From a virus: a stretch of DNA of 64,000 nucleotides. The notes beneath the pieces were generated by a model, which made no database searches, was not told where the DNA came from, and saw only the letters and a list, made by a program, of their open reading frames with translations. Of the stretch, positions 1 to 8,127 are shown piece after piece. The first letter of the stretch is position 1. The number at the start of each line of letters is the position of its first letter. The translations under genes and the position numbers were made by a program. Where the stretch lies: the IMG/VR virus record IMGVR_UViG_3300042691_027241, positions 1 to 64,000 of that record. One strand, written 5' to 3'.

Positions 1-625
1 ACATGTTCTCACGAGCAAGTTGGATGTCTTCTTTGAGTTGAGTCATTTCTGACTCCAGTTTTCTGGTAATTGATTCTTTAACAAGTTCTGCAGAACGAGC
101 AATGAAATTCTGTTGCAGTTCGGCAAGTTTATCTTTAGCACCAGCAATTAGACGAACTTTTGTCTCAACTACTGCTTGCTTGTCTTGCTCAAACTCTTGA
201 ATTTCTTCTGCGAGTGATTTGATCACAAATGATTCAAGCTTACTAACACTGTTTTCATATTGTTTACGATCTTCACGTAGTTCTTTAATTTCTTCGGCTA
301 ACTTACCAACTAAGAAATTGTTGAACCTTTCGCTGCTTTCCATCATGTGAACTTTGAATTTCGCACGATCTTCTGCTAATGCTTGTTTCTCTGCTGCAAA
401 CTCTTCAAGTTCACTGTGTAGAGATTCAGTTACCATTTTGTCCAGAGCTTCAACCATAACTTGTTTGTCATGCTGATAGCGAGTAGCAAATTCTTCACGA
501 AGTTCTGCACGAACACTTTCACGAGCTTCAAGAAGCTTTGCTTCCCACGCTTCCGTGATCGCCTGTTGCGTATCTTCGTTTATGATGCCGCTGTCTACCA
601 ATGGTTTGATAGCATCTAATAACAT
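1..625 (-). CDS. Prohead core scaffold protein (T4 gp22-like), truncated by window edge
   Basis: Not in ORF track. ATG at 625 with AGGAGA RBS (632-637); reads MLLDAIKPLVDSGIINEDTQQAITEAWEAKLLEARESVRAELREEF..., Glu/Ala-rich helical, directly downstream of the prohead protease as in T4-like gene order. Confidence 0.75.
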   Translation of the reverse strand, partial: MLLDAIKPLVDSGIINEDTQQAITEAWEAKLLEARESVRAELREEFATRYQHDKQVMVEALDKMVTESLHSELEEFAAEKQALAEDRAKFKVHMMESSERFNNFLVGKLAEEIKELREDRKQYENSVSKLESFVIKSLAEEIQEFEQDKQAVVETKVRLIAGAKDKLAELQQNFIARSAELVKESITRKLESEMTQLKEDIQLARENM

Positions 626-635
626 CAGGTTTCTC

Positions 636-1277
636 CTATTTTAACTTAAGGTCTTTGATAAGGCGTGTAATGCCTTCTTTCAGGTACTTCTGTACTTTTT
701 GATCTTGTGTGGCATCACGAGCCACATCTAACACTCGGTGTCCGTGACGCATATTCATCAAGCCCTCATAGATTGCTTTGGGATATGCATTTGGAGCCGA
801 AGGCTGCGCTACAATGTCAACGGTAATAATATCAAAACCACTAACATGTCCTGTACTTTCGTTTACTTCACCGCTTCCGCGACTGCTAACACCTAACTTT
901 ACACCAGAAGTAATCATAGCTTCAACCAGTTTGCCCATTGGTGTTGGTAAAATTTTTAGCTTGCCGAATCCGCACGGACCGTCCATCCACATACCTTCAA
1001 TCATGTGGCTTACACGATCCAAATTAATCTTTAAGTCATCAGGGTGATCAACTTCACCAAGAACACTGTGTCCTTCTTTGATTTGGTCATTGATCTGATT
1101 CACGGCTTTAGAAATTTCATGAAGGGGATAAACACGTTGGTTGGCATTTTTAACGCCTCCTTGAATGAATATCCCTTTCATATACAACTTCTTACCTTCG
1201 CCCAGCTCGGAATCTTCAGTCAAGACTTCCATTTTTGCATGGTCAAAGGTAAGATTCTCTTTTAGGTACAAAGCCAT
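636..1277 (-). CDS. gp21: Prohead core protease (T4 gp21 family)
   Basis: Motifs GIFIQGGVKNANQRVYP, LGEVDHP, INLDRVSH, LGVSSRGSG, DIVAQPSAPNAY typical of gp21. Confidence 0.95.
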   Translation of the reverse strand: MALYLKENLTFDHAKMEVLTEDSELGEGKKLYMKGIFIQGGVKNANQRVYPLHEISKAVNQINDQIKEGHSVLGEVDHPDDLKINLDRVSHMIEGMWMDGPCGFGKLKILPTPMGKLVEAMITSGVKLGVSSRGSGEVNESTGHVSGFDIITVDIVAQPSAPNAYPKAIYEGLMNMRHGHRVLDVARDATQDQKVQKYLKEGITRLIKDLKLK

Positions 1278-1291
1278 ATTATTGCCCTAAC

Positions 1292-2245
1292 TTAGTTGCC
1301 ACCTGGTTCAATGCTTTTCTTCTGAACTGGAACTGATCCATCAGTAGTTTGGCCTTCACCAGATTTAGCTTTAGCTTTGTTGCTATACCAGTTTTGTGCG
1401 CCTTTGTTACCGCCTGGCTTGTTAACATTGCGTTTTGCTACATCAATTTCTTGTGCACCTTTAAGAAAGCCGCCGGCTTTGCCATGCGGACGTTGACCAT
1501 CTGGTGCACTTTCATTTCCGCCTTTTGCAATATTAGCTGCGCTACCACCCATGTCGTTTTTACCAGCAAGTGGGTTCTTGGTGTTGCCAGCTGGCTTGTC
1601 GCCACCTGCACCAGTGCCTACTGGAGTAAATTCAGTGTTGCTGTGTGTGTTGATTTTCTCTACGTATTCACGCATTAGATCAACTGCTGTTTTTTGCATA
1701 GGACGACGGCTTTCGGTCATTTCTCTATCTTCTTCGTTGTCATCATCGGCTTCCATCATTTTAAATTCATCATCGGCTTCCATGTCGTTATCATCGCCCA
1801 TGTCGCCCATGTCGTTATCATCGCCCATGTCGCCCATGTCGTTATCATCGCCCATGTCGCCCATGTCGCCTTCGTCATCGCCCATTAGTGCTTCAAATTC
1901 GGCTTTTAGAGCTTCTAATTCTGACTCGAGATCCATAACTTTTTGTTCAAGGTCGCCTTCGTCGCCCATGTCGCCCATGTTGTCCATTGGATCTTCGTCG
2001 CCCATGTCTAAATCGCCGTCATCTTCGTCGTTGCCTTCACCGATGCCGTCAGTTTCGTCCATAGCGATTTCGTCTACCAAGCCTTGAACTTGATTCCCAC
2101 CAATGTCTTCTTCGGTATACTCTTCGTCCATTAAGCTTTCGTAAATGTCTCGGCTTTTTTCTACTACAATGTCGTGAAACAATGCACGAGCTTTCGCTTC
2201 GTCATCGTTTATAATGTGTTCTATTAGCTGTTCATATTTGTTCAT
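1292..2245 (-). CDS. Acidic low-complexity head-module protein (putative prohead core/internal protein)
   Basis: Between portal and protease; D/E/M/G-rich middle, basic Gly-rich C-terminus; AAGGAG RBS and TAAATA promoter upstream. Confidence 0.6.
   Translation of the reverse strand: MNKYEQLIEHIINDDEAKARALFHDIVVEKSRDIYESLMDEEYTEEDIGGNQVQGLVDEIAMDETDGIGEGNDEDDGDLDMGDEDPMDNMGDMGDEGDLEQKVMDLESELEALKAEFEALMGDDEGDMGDMGDDNDMGDMGDDNDMGDMGDDNDMEADDEFKMMEADDDNEEDREMTESRRPMQKTAVDLMREYVEKINTHSNTEFTPVGTGAGGDKPAGNTKNPLAGKNDMGGSAANIAKGGNESAPDGQRPHGKAGGFLKGAQEIDVAKRNVNKPGGNKGAQNWYSNKAKAKSGEGQTTDGSVPVQKKSIEPGGN
1781..1870. repeat. Three exact 27-bp tandem repeats (CATGTCGTTATCATCGCCCATGTCGCC) plus a 9-bp partial, encoding (GDMGDDNDM)n
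   Basis: Units at 1781-1807, 1808-1834, 1835-1861 read directly. Confidence 0.95.
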
Positions 2246-2277
2246 TAGGAACTCCTTATAATAATATGGCTGTATTT

Positions 2278-2285
2278 TATTTACT
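2278..2285 (-). promoter_or_regulatory. T4-type late promoter (AGTAAATA)
   Basis: TAAATA core ~33 nt upstream of the 2245 start; overlapped by inverted repeat GTATTTTA/TAAAATAC (2272-2292). Confidence 0.6.
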
Positions 2286-2337
2286 AAAATACGTAGATTA
2301 TGGGGTTAAATGGTGTTTTTTTGAAGAATTTTCAGGA

Positions 2338-2562
2338 CTATACTGGTCCTGCGGCAGCTACTGGAGGTTTATACTGCTTGGTGATTTTTTCTAACTTGTG
2401 TTCGTGTTCGACTTTGCGTACATCACTGGCCATACGTAGGCGATTGAGATCGCCTAATGTTAATCTTGTTTTACGTAGATCAGACAGCTTGAGTGGAGTA
2501 TTATCTTCTGCTGAAGAATGGTAGCCAGGTTTTGCAGGATCGTATAGTTCGTTAAGTAGCAT
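2338..2562 (-). CDS. Small hypothetical head-module protein
   Basis: 74 aa, co-oriented between portal and core genes, own TAAATA motif, starts MLLNE (L-x-E, gp21-type site). Confidence 0.65.
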   Translation of the reverse strand: MLLNELYDPAKPGYHSSAEDNTPLKLSDLRKTRLTLGDLNRLRMASDVRKVEHEHKLEKITKQYKPPVAAAGPV

Positions 2563-2567
2563 AGTAT

Positions 2568-2575
2568 TATTTAAC
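2568..2575 (-). promoter_or_regulatory. T4-type late promoter (GTTAAATA)
   Basis: TAAATA core just upstream of ATG at 2562. Confidence 0.55.
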
Positions 2576-2587
2576 CAAAATACCTAA

Positions 2588-4303
2588 TTAAGCCGGCGCT
2601 GCTGCGGGTACTGGTGCTACTCCTGCTGCCGCTCCTGGTTGGGGGCCGCCCATTGGACTCATTCCTTGCATATCACCCGGGGCAACTTCGCCTGTTGGTG
2701 TAGGCGGTTCAACTGCTTCTAAATCGCCTGCAATTCCCCCAGGGCTTATCCCCACACTACGCAAGTTTGGATCTTCCACTGGTGCTTGTTCTATATCGCC
2801 TTGCTCTTCGGCCCACATGGTTTCATTCTCATTCATTTCTTGCTCAGTCATACCCAGATAACGTTTCATTAAGAAACGCTTGCTCATGTAAGGATATGCT
2901 TCAAGCTGTGTAAATGTGGCAATTCTTGCACTATCAACGTCGGCTTGGCGGTACTGAGCAAAATTCTGCGGCTCTTCGAATATTAAATCAAATAGCTGTC
3001 CATCAATGTTAATACCGCGCCAACGCATAAACAGTTTAAATTCTTGATCTAATTTATCTACAATCATTGATTGTAATCGTTTACAATATTGGTTAAAACG
3101 CCATTCTTGAATTAGTGCTGTACCTACGCGACCATCAGTCACTGAACGCGACCCGTCGTCAAGTTCTGTGGGCAAATAGCTGCTTGGGATACGCAATCCT
3201 CGGAATAATTTGTTAGTAAAGAAGCGTAAATCTGTTATTTCACCAAGATTTTGACCGCCAGGAAATACGTCAATGCTGGAACCTCTGCCCTCAGCAGTTA
3301 CCGGAAAGAAATAATCTTCCATCATGCTCAAAGGATTGTAAGTGGCATCCATCATGTTGGTGCCACCACCTGTTTGTGTAGGAATTCTACGTTGATGAAT
3401 TTCGTTTTTAATACGTTCTACGTAGGCCATTGCCATGTGACTTGGCATATTACCTACATCAATTTTGAATACTCTACGTTCTGGTGCACGTTGTATGCGA
3501 TAGATAATAATGGCGTCTTCAAGCAATTCTTTCTGTTTAAACACTTTGAATATATTTTCAAGAACGCTGTTTCCAAAAGGCCAGTAAATGTCTAAGCCTT
3601 CGGTTAAACTCATATGCACAACATGTTCTGCATTGATAGCACTTTCATTTTGCGCTCGAGTAAATCTTGTGCCTCCAGAATATGGAGTTGCTGGTTGAAT
3701 ATAACTACCGCTTGGCCCGCCCACTTGCGGATGATTGATGTATGTATCCGATGTAGACACTGCGGTCACAGTTAAATTTTCAAAATTTGGATTTAAATCT
3801 TTAAGAATATATTGTTCAGGTTTTTTACCTTCGGCTTCGTTAACAATGACCTTGACCACTTTACTCATTTCTACCCAGAACATTTTGAATGTTTCTGGAT
3901 CTCTTACAAATACTTGATCTCCGTATTTGATAGTGTTACGTACAATTTTAAATATACGTTTGTTTAATTCATTCAAAGCCACCCATTGTTGTAGCTGTTC
4001 TTTGATGATTTTAACTTCGTTGTCTGTAGGCTTTTCTTTAAAATGAATGTCAAATGCTGTATTATTTGCTTCATTTTTTTGTGTCATAAACTCCGCAAGA
4101 ATATCTAATGCTGCGTTAATTTCTGAATCCATATCCATTTGTTCGTACTGATTGTACCGCTCAACACGATTTGGATGACCAATATAAACTTCAGGTAGAT
4201 TGCTTTGATAGTTTTTAAAGCCAGGATCAGGGCTGCGTCCACTGCCCAAAGGACTTACATTGCTGGGTAAATTAGACGATTTAAAGTATTTTTTCCAAGA
4301 CAT
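2588..4303 (-). CDS. gp20: Portal vertex protein (T4 gp20 family)
   Basis: LLEDAIIIYRIQRAPERRVFKIDVGNMP, MEDYFFP, PGGQNLGEITDLRFF, LFRGLRIPSSYL hallmark motifs. Confidence 0.96.
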   Translation of the reverse strand: MSWKKYFKSSNLPSNVSPLGSGRSPDPGFKNYQSNLPEVYIGHPNRVERYNQYEQMDMDSEINAALDILAEFMTQKNEANNTAFDIHFKEKPTDNEVKIIKEQLQQWVALNELNKRIFKIVRNTIKYGDQVFVRDPETFKMFWVEMSKVVKVIVNEAEGKKPEQYILKDLNPNFENLTVTAVSTSDTYINHPQVGGPSGSYIQPATPYSGGTRFTRAQNESAINAEHVVHMSLTEGLDIYWPFGNSVLENIFKVFKQKELLEDAIIIYRIQRAPERRVFKIDVGNMPSHMAMAYVERIKNEIHQRRIPTQTGGGTNMMDATYNPLSMMEDYFFPVTAEGRGSSIDVFPGGQNLGEITDLRFFTNKLFRGLRIPSSYLPTELDDGSRSVTDGRVGTALIQEWRFNQYCKRLQSMIVDKLDQEFKLFMRWRGINIDGQLFDLIFEEPQNFAQYRQADVDSARIATFTQLEAYPYMSKRFLMKRYLGMTEQEMNENETMWAEEQGDIEQAPVEDPNLRSVGISPGGIAGDLEAVEPPTPTGEVAPGDMQGMSPMGGPQPGAAAGVAPVPAAAPA

Positions 4304-4324
4304 TAGTTATTCCGAGTATGCTAC

Positions 4325-4332
4325 TATTTACC
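4325..4332 (-). promoter_or_regulatory. T4-type late promoter (GGTAAATA)
   Basis: TAAATA core ~22 nt upstream of portal ATG. Confidence 0.6.
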
Positions 4333-4335
4333 GTG

Positions 4336-6609
4336 TTATGCAAGCTCGTTAGCTAATCTTTCGCTATACCGAACATTTTCTTGCATGGTATCAACCAGCT
4401 TGGTTAAGCTTTCTATTTGCTGCTGCATCATTTCCATTTGCATTCTGTTGTCGTCGGCTATCTGTGTTTTGACTTGTGTCATTGTCTGAACCAAACCAGC
4501 CGGACCGGATAGTACAGTTTCCAAAGCTGAACTTAATGCGGTTGGTAATTCTTGTATTTGCTCTTTGGCTGCTGATTTGTATTCTTGTGGTGCTGCTGGT
4601 GCAGATTTGGCTGCTGCCACTGCTGTAAATGTAGACTGCATCTGCTGTACCACATTAGACAAATCGGGTACACCGGTTGTACCAAAATCTACTGGTATAC
4701 TTTTACCATTTTTTAACGGAATCACTGCTTCTTTGCCATGCAGCATGGCTAACTGTCCTTGTCCAAAATCTCCCACACCCCCGGTTTGATATCTTGGCGC
4801 TTGGCTCAAACGAACCAATATTCCATCCAGCCCATCAATCAAGGGCTTGACATAGTTCCCATAGAATCTGGCCATGTCGGCTTCGTATTGATCTAACGTG
4901 TACTTTTCAGTGGGTTCTGTTCCCGGCGGCGATCCCTTTGGTGCTGTTTTGCCCGTAATCAGTTTGGTAAGAGCAAAAGTAAAATCATTGGTTGCACGTA
5001 TCACCTCACGTAATGCTGTTGCGTATTCTGGCAGAAATGTACCTACCACTTTTGACATTTCCACTGCAAATGTTTGTGCATCGCCTTGAAAACCTACTAC
5101 ACTGTTAGTGAGCTTGTCTCGGCCTTCGGATAACTTTTTACCATTTTTTATAGATGCGTCAACGTCCTCTTTTGAGTAGAGTCCGGTGCTTAAAACCGAG
5201 TTTATTCCACTCCTTATTTCTTCTAACCCTTGTGCGCCCATTCTTGCAGCAGTTGCGATTGCAGCACCACCACCCTGTTTTACCAATCTCATTTGTTCTC
5301 TATTGACGTCTACTGCACCATACAGCACTTCTTTTTGAACGTCTTGAGCACTTTTACTGGCATCTTTCATACTACTGTAACCGCCTTTAATCAATCTTTC
5401 AATTTGTTGATTTTGACTCATCAAGATGTTAGTAGTGGCATCAACAATTGCTGTGCCACCACTTGATACATATTCAAGAAATCCTTTTTTGGCATAATCT
5501 GGCATGTTGGCATAAGCTGCTTTAAATTTTTCAGCTTCTTCAGGACTCAGCTGTGCAATGATATCTGCTTCCATGGCCTTGGCTCGTGCTTCTTCCATGG
5601 CTGCTTTTGCATTCTTACCAGTTATGTCTTGTAATACTTTGAGATCTTCGGCGTACTGTCGTGTGCGTTCGGCCACTTGTTTATCGGTTGTTTGTCTGAA
5701 TTTTTCAGCAGTCATTTCAGAACGCATGTTTGCCAACACTTGTGCCGAAAGTTCAACTTGTTCTTCAGTGGAATATCCTAAAAGACGCATTTCTTCTCTA
5801 AAAGTTTTTCCTGTTTTTGCATTTACTTGATCAAATTCTTTTGCAGTACCTGACACTTTACTCATTGCGCTGGCCATGTTCATGCCCATGGCTCGCAGTT
5901 GTGGTTCTACCTTTACCATGCTCGCTGCGAACTGATCAACTGTGAGCCCAGATGCAAATGCTTTATCTCTCATGCCAGTCATGCTGTCTGCAAAACTTGC
6001 ACCCATTTTGTTCAACTGCGAATACGCCTTGATATTGGTGTTCAATTCGTTAGCCAGCACACCAACACTTGTTTTCAGACCCATTTTTACTACTGCTGTA
6101 CCGGCTTCGGGCAATTTTTCAAATGCTTTAGGTAGAATTTTTTTCAGACCGGTCCCCATGCCATCACCAACTGCGTCAATGGCAGTGGCAATTAATCCAG
6201 TGGCTTGTTTAACGGGATTGGTTGGCAATTCACCAAAGTTTTTGGCCCATAAGGCACTAACTTCCACAGCAGTGGCGCCCAACTGTTTGAGATAGGTTGC
6301 CACTCCGGAATCTTTGATATCACCACCAGCCATACTGACTCGATTGATATTTTCAGACAGATTAGAAAACAAACTACGAGCAGCACTTTCGCTTGATTTG
6401 GCGCTGGCGGCCATTTGACCCATGCTGTCCGCTGCACGATCTGCAAAGCCGGCCTGCTGCCTCGATGCTGCTGCTGTTTCACTATCGGCCCGGCGCTGGC
6501 GCCCTTGCGCGGCTGTCATAGCCTGCAACAAAGCTCTTAGTGTGGTTTCAGTTGCTGCATTATCAGCACTGACTACCCCAACTCCAGGTATCCGAACATT
6601 TACTGACAT
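4336..6609 (-). CDS. Tape measure-like protein
   Basis: 757 aa Ala/Gln/Met-rich helical protein; C-terminal YQTGGVG...LAMLHGKEAVIPL motif typical of tape measure proteins; adjacent to gp26/gp51-like genes. Confidence 0.7.
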   Translation of the reverse strand: MSVNVRIPGVGVVSADNAATETTLRALLQAMTAAQGRQRRADSETAAASRQQAGFADRAADSMGQMAASAKSSESAARSLFSNLSENINRVSMAGGDIKDSGVATYLKQLGATAVEVSALWAKNFGELPTNPVKQATGLIATAIDAVGDGMGTGLKKILPKAFEKLPEAGTAVVKMGLKTSVGVLANELNTNIKAYSQLNKMGASFADSMTGMRDKAFASGLTVDQFAASMVKVEPQLRAMGMNMASAMSKVSGTAKEFDQVNAKTGKTFREEMRLLGYSTEEQVELSAQVLANMRSEMTAEKFRQTTDKQVAERTRQYAEDLKVLQDITGKNAKAAMEEARAKAMEADIIAQLSPEEAEKFKAAYANMPDYAKKGFLEYVSSGGTAIVDATTNILMSQNQQIERLIKGGYSSMKDASKSAQDVQKEVLYGAVDVNREQMRLVKQGGGAAIATAARMGAQGLEEIRSGINSVLSTGLYSKEDVDASIKNGKKLSEGRDKLTNSVVGFQGDAQTFAVEMSKVVGTFLPEYATALREVIRATNDFTFALTKLITGKTAPKGSPPGTEPTEKYTLDQYEADMARFYGNYVKPLIDGLDGILVRLSQAPRYQTGGVGDFGQGQLAMLHGKEAVIPLKNGKSIPVDFGTTGVPDLSNVVQQMQSTFTAVAAAKSAPAAPQEYKSAAKEQIQELPTALSSALETVLSGPAGLVQTMTQVKTQIADDNRMQMEMMQQQIESLTKLVDTMQENVRYSERLANELA

Positions 6610-6618
6610 AATTTAACC

Positions 6619-6648
6619 TATAAATATAGTATATCAATTATATTTATG
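6619..6648. promoter_or_regulatory. Pair of opposed late promoters: TATAAATA (+, 6619-6626) and CATAAATA (-, 6641-6648)
   Basis: Perfect T4 late consensus on + upstream of 6661 start; near-consensus on - upstream of 6609 start. Confidence 0.8.
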
Positions 6649-6660
6649 GGATCAAAAAAC

Positions 6661-7497
6661 ATGGCAAATCCTGCTAACAATCCGTTATTCAAACATTTTA
6701 GACAACCGGCAATCTATTTAAAACTGCCCGGACAAGGCAAATTTTGGCCCGAGGATGCTATTGACATACCACCAACTGGCGAAATACCTGTGTATCCAAT
6801 GACTGTCAAAGATGAAATCACCCTCAAGACACCAGATGCACTAATGAACGGAGTAGGGGTAGTAGACACCATACAAAGCTGTTGCCCGAATATTAAAAAC
6901 GCCTGGAAGATTCCTGCATCAGATTTAGATGCTATCTTGATAGCAATACGTGCAGCCAGTTATGGATCCGACATGGATATCGAAAGTGTGTGTCCTGAAT
7001 GCAAAGAAACCACTGTGAATGTGGTAGACTTGCGTGTGTTATTGGATAATTTGAAAATTCCCAATTATGAACCAACAGCAATCAATGGCCTGACATTTAA
7101 CTTCAAACCGCAAGCTTATGATACCATGAACAACACCAATCTCATGGTGTTCGAGCAACGTAAATTGCTCGACGCTATAACCAGCAGCACGTTGTCAGAT
7201 GAAGAAAAAACCACACAATTCAATTTAATTTTTCCTAAATTAACTGAAATGAATGTGATGGCTCTTGTGTACTGTATAGAATCAATTTTTACCGAAGAAG
7301 GCAAAGAAGTCACAGAAGAAAGACATATCAAAGAATTTATTGAAAATTGTGATAGAAATGTTTATGCCAAAATTAAATCGCAAATTGAAAAATTTGTACA
7401 ATCAACCAAACCAGACTCATTGGAAATTGAGTGCAGTGAATGTCATAAAACTTACAGCACAGAACTAAACTTCGATAACGCTAATTTTTTCGGATAA
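6661..7497 (+). CDS. T4 gp26-like baseplate hub / tail assembly chaperone
   Basis: YPMTVKDEITLKTP, DLDAILIAIRAASYG, two CxxC (CPEC, CSEC), terminal NFFG; start moved to second Met (6661) because 6646 overlaps promoter region. Confidence 0.8.
   Translation: MANPANNPLFKHFRQPAIYLKLPGQGKFWPEDAIDIPPTGEIPVYPMTVKDEITLKTPDALMNGVGVVDTIQSCCPNIKNAWKIPASDLDAILIAIRAASYGSDMDIESVCPECKETTVNVVDLRVLLDNLKIPNYEPTAINGLTFNFKPQAYDTMNNTNLMVFEQRKLLDAITSSTLSDEEKTTQFNLIFPKLTEMNVMALVYCIESIFTEEGKEVTEERHIKEFIENCDRNVYAKIKSQIEKFVQSTKPDSLEIECSECHKTYSTELNFDNANFFG
7485..7491 (+). promoter_or_regulatory. Candidate -1 programmed ribosomal frameshift heptamer T_TTT_TTC
   Basis: X_XXY_YYZ pattern in correct phase, one codon before the stop; -1 frame is open into 7503-7721. 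Confidence 0.6.
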
Positions 7498-7502
7498 GGC
7501 TT

Positions 7503-7721
7503 TTGACTATGTCCACGGAGGACATGATAGCTTACTTTGACAAACTTGAAGCACAGTCAAAAGCCATGAAAGAAGAAGTGTTAAGATTATGTTGGTACAT
7601 GCGTGGCGGGTTAGACTACGACAGTGCCATGTTGTTAAGTCTTGAAGAAAGAAAGATTATTGGCAAAATAGTTAAAGATAATTTAGAAACTGCTAAGAAA
7701 TCAGGAATGCCATTCTTCTAA
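7503..7721 (+). CDS. gp51-like small baseplate/tail assembly protein (possibly C-terminal part of frameshift product)
   Basis: 72 aa right after gp26-like gene; LCWYMRGGLDYDSAMLLSLEERKII pattern resembles short chaperone extensions. Confidence 0.65.
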   Translation: MTMSTEDMIAYFDKLEAQSKAMKEEVLRLCWYMRGGLDYDSAMLLSLEERKIIGKIVKDNLETAKKSGMPFF

Positions 7722-8127
7722 GACTAACTTCGTTAGTCTATTGATTTCGCTTACGCTCATCAATGTTTTTTTAAGTTTCATCCAGATTAATCAGTCACTC
7801 TTTGCCCAGGGCGGGCAAAAAATATATGCGCTTCATCCGAGTAGCACAGTCACTGATATTAGAGCATTACAGAGGCGGTTGTCCGGTACCTCGAGCTCCG
7901 TTCTTTTACAACGGCGATTTGTTAAACATATATCAGCATATCTAACAAACGTGTACGATCGCTCGTACGTCTTTTTAGCCTTTACAAATCCTATTCAAAC
8001 AACTAAATCGCGGCATTTGCGATCTTCATCCTTGCGGGTAGTAGTTGAGTGCTTCTTGCAGCGAGAAGGCTTCCGTCCCTGTGTATTTCTACCAGGTATA
8101 GGGCACACGATATTAGCCTGTGCCAGC
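7721..8127 (-). ncRNA. Putative ~400-nt highly structured non-coding RNA (family unknown)
   Basis: About 10 stems by eye, GNRA loops (GCAA, GCGA, GUAA) and G-U pairs that work on the minus strand, 8-bp pseudoknot, 3x GGAUGAA motif; only long intergenic gap in the window. Confidence 0.7.

Noticed and set aside
1349-2087. Plus-strand ORFs 1349-1678, 1551-2087, 1694-1888 with repetitive peptides
   Set aside because: Antisense shadows of the repeat-containing acidic gene
7777-7853. Repeat pair as a CRISPR or TIGR array
   Set aside because: Only two short imperfect units; no Cas or Nop-domain gene in the window
8000-8050. UCAACUACUA...GAAGAU resembling group I intron R/S elements
   Set aside because: No proper P7 pairing (GACUA/UAGUC), no interrupted host gene; segments pair differently as a 3-way junction
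7721-8127. RNase P RNA, tmRNA or hammerhead identity
   Set aside because: Lacks GAGGAAAGUCC, tRNA-like ends/T-loop with CCA, and an intact CUGAUGA/GAAA core
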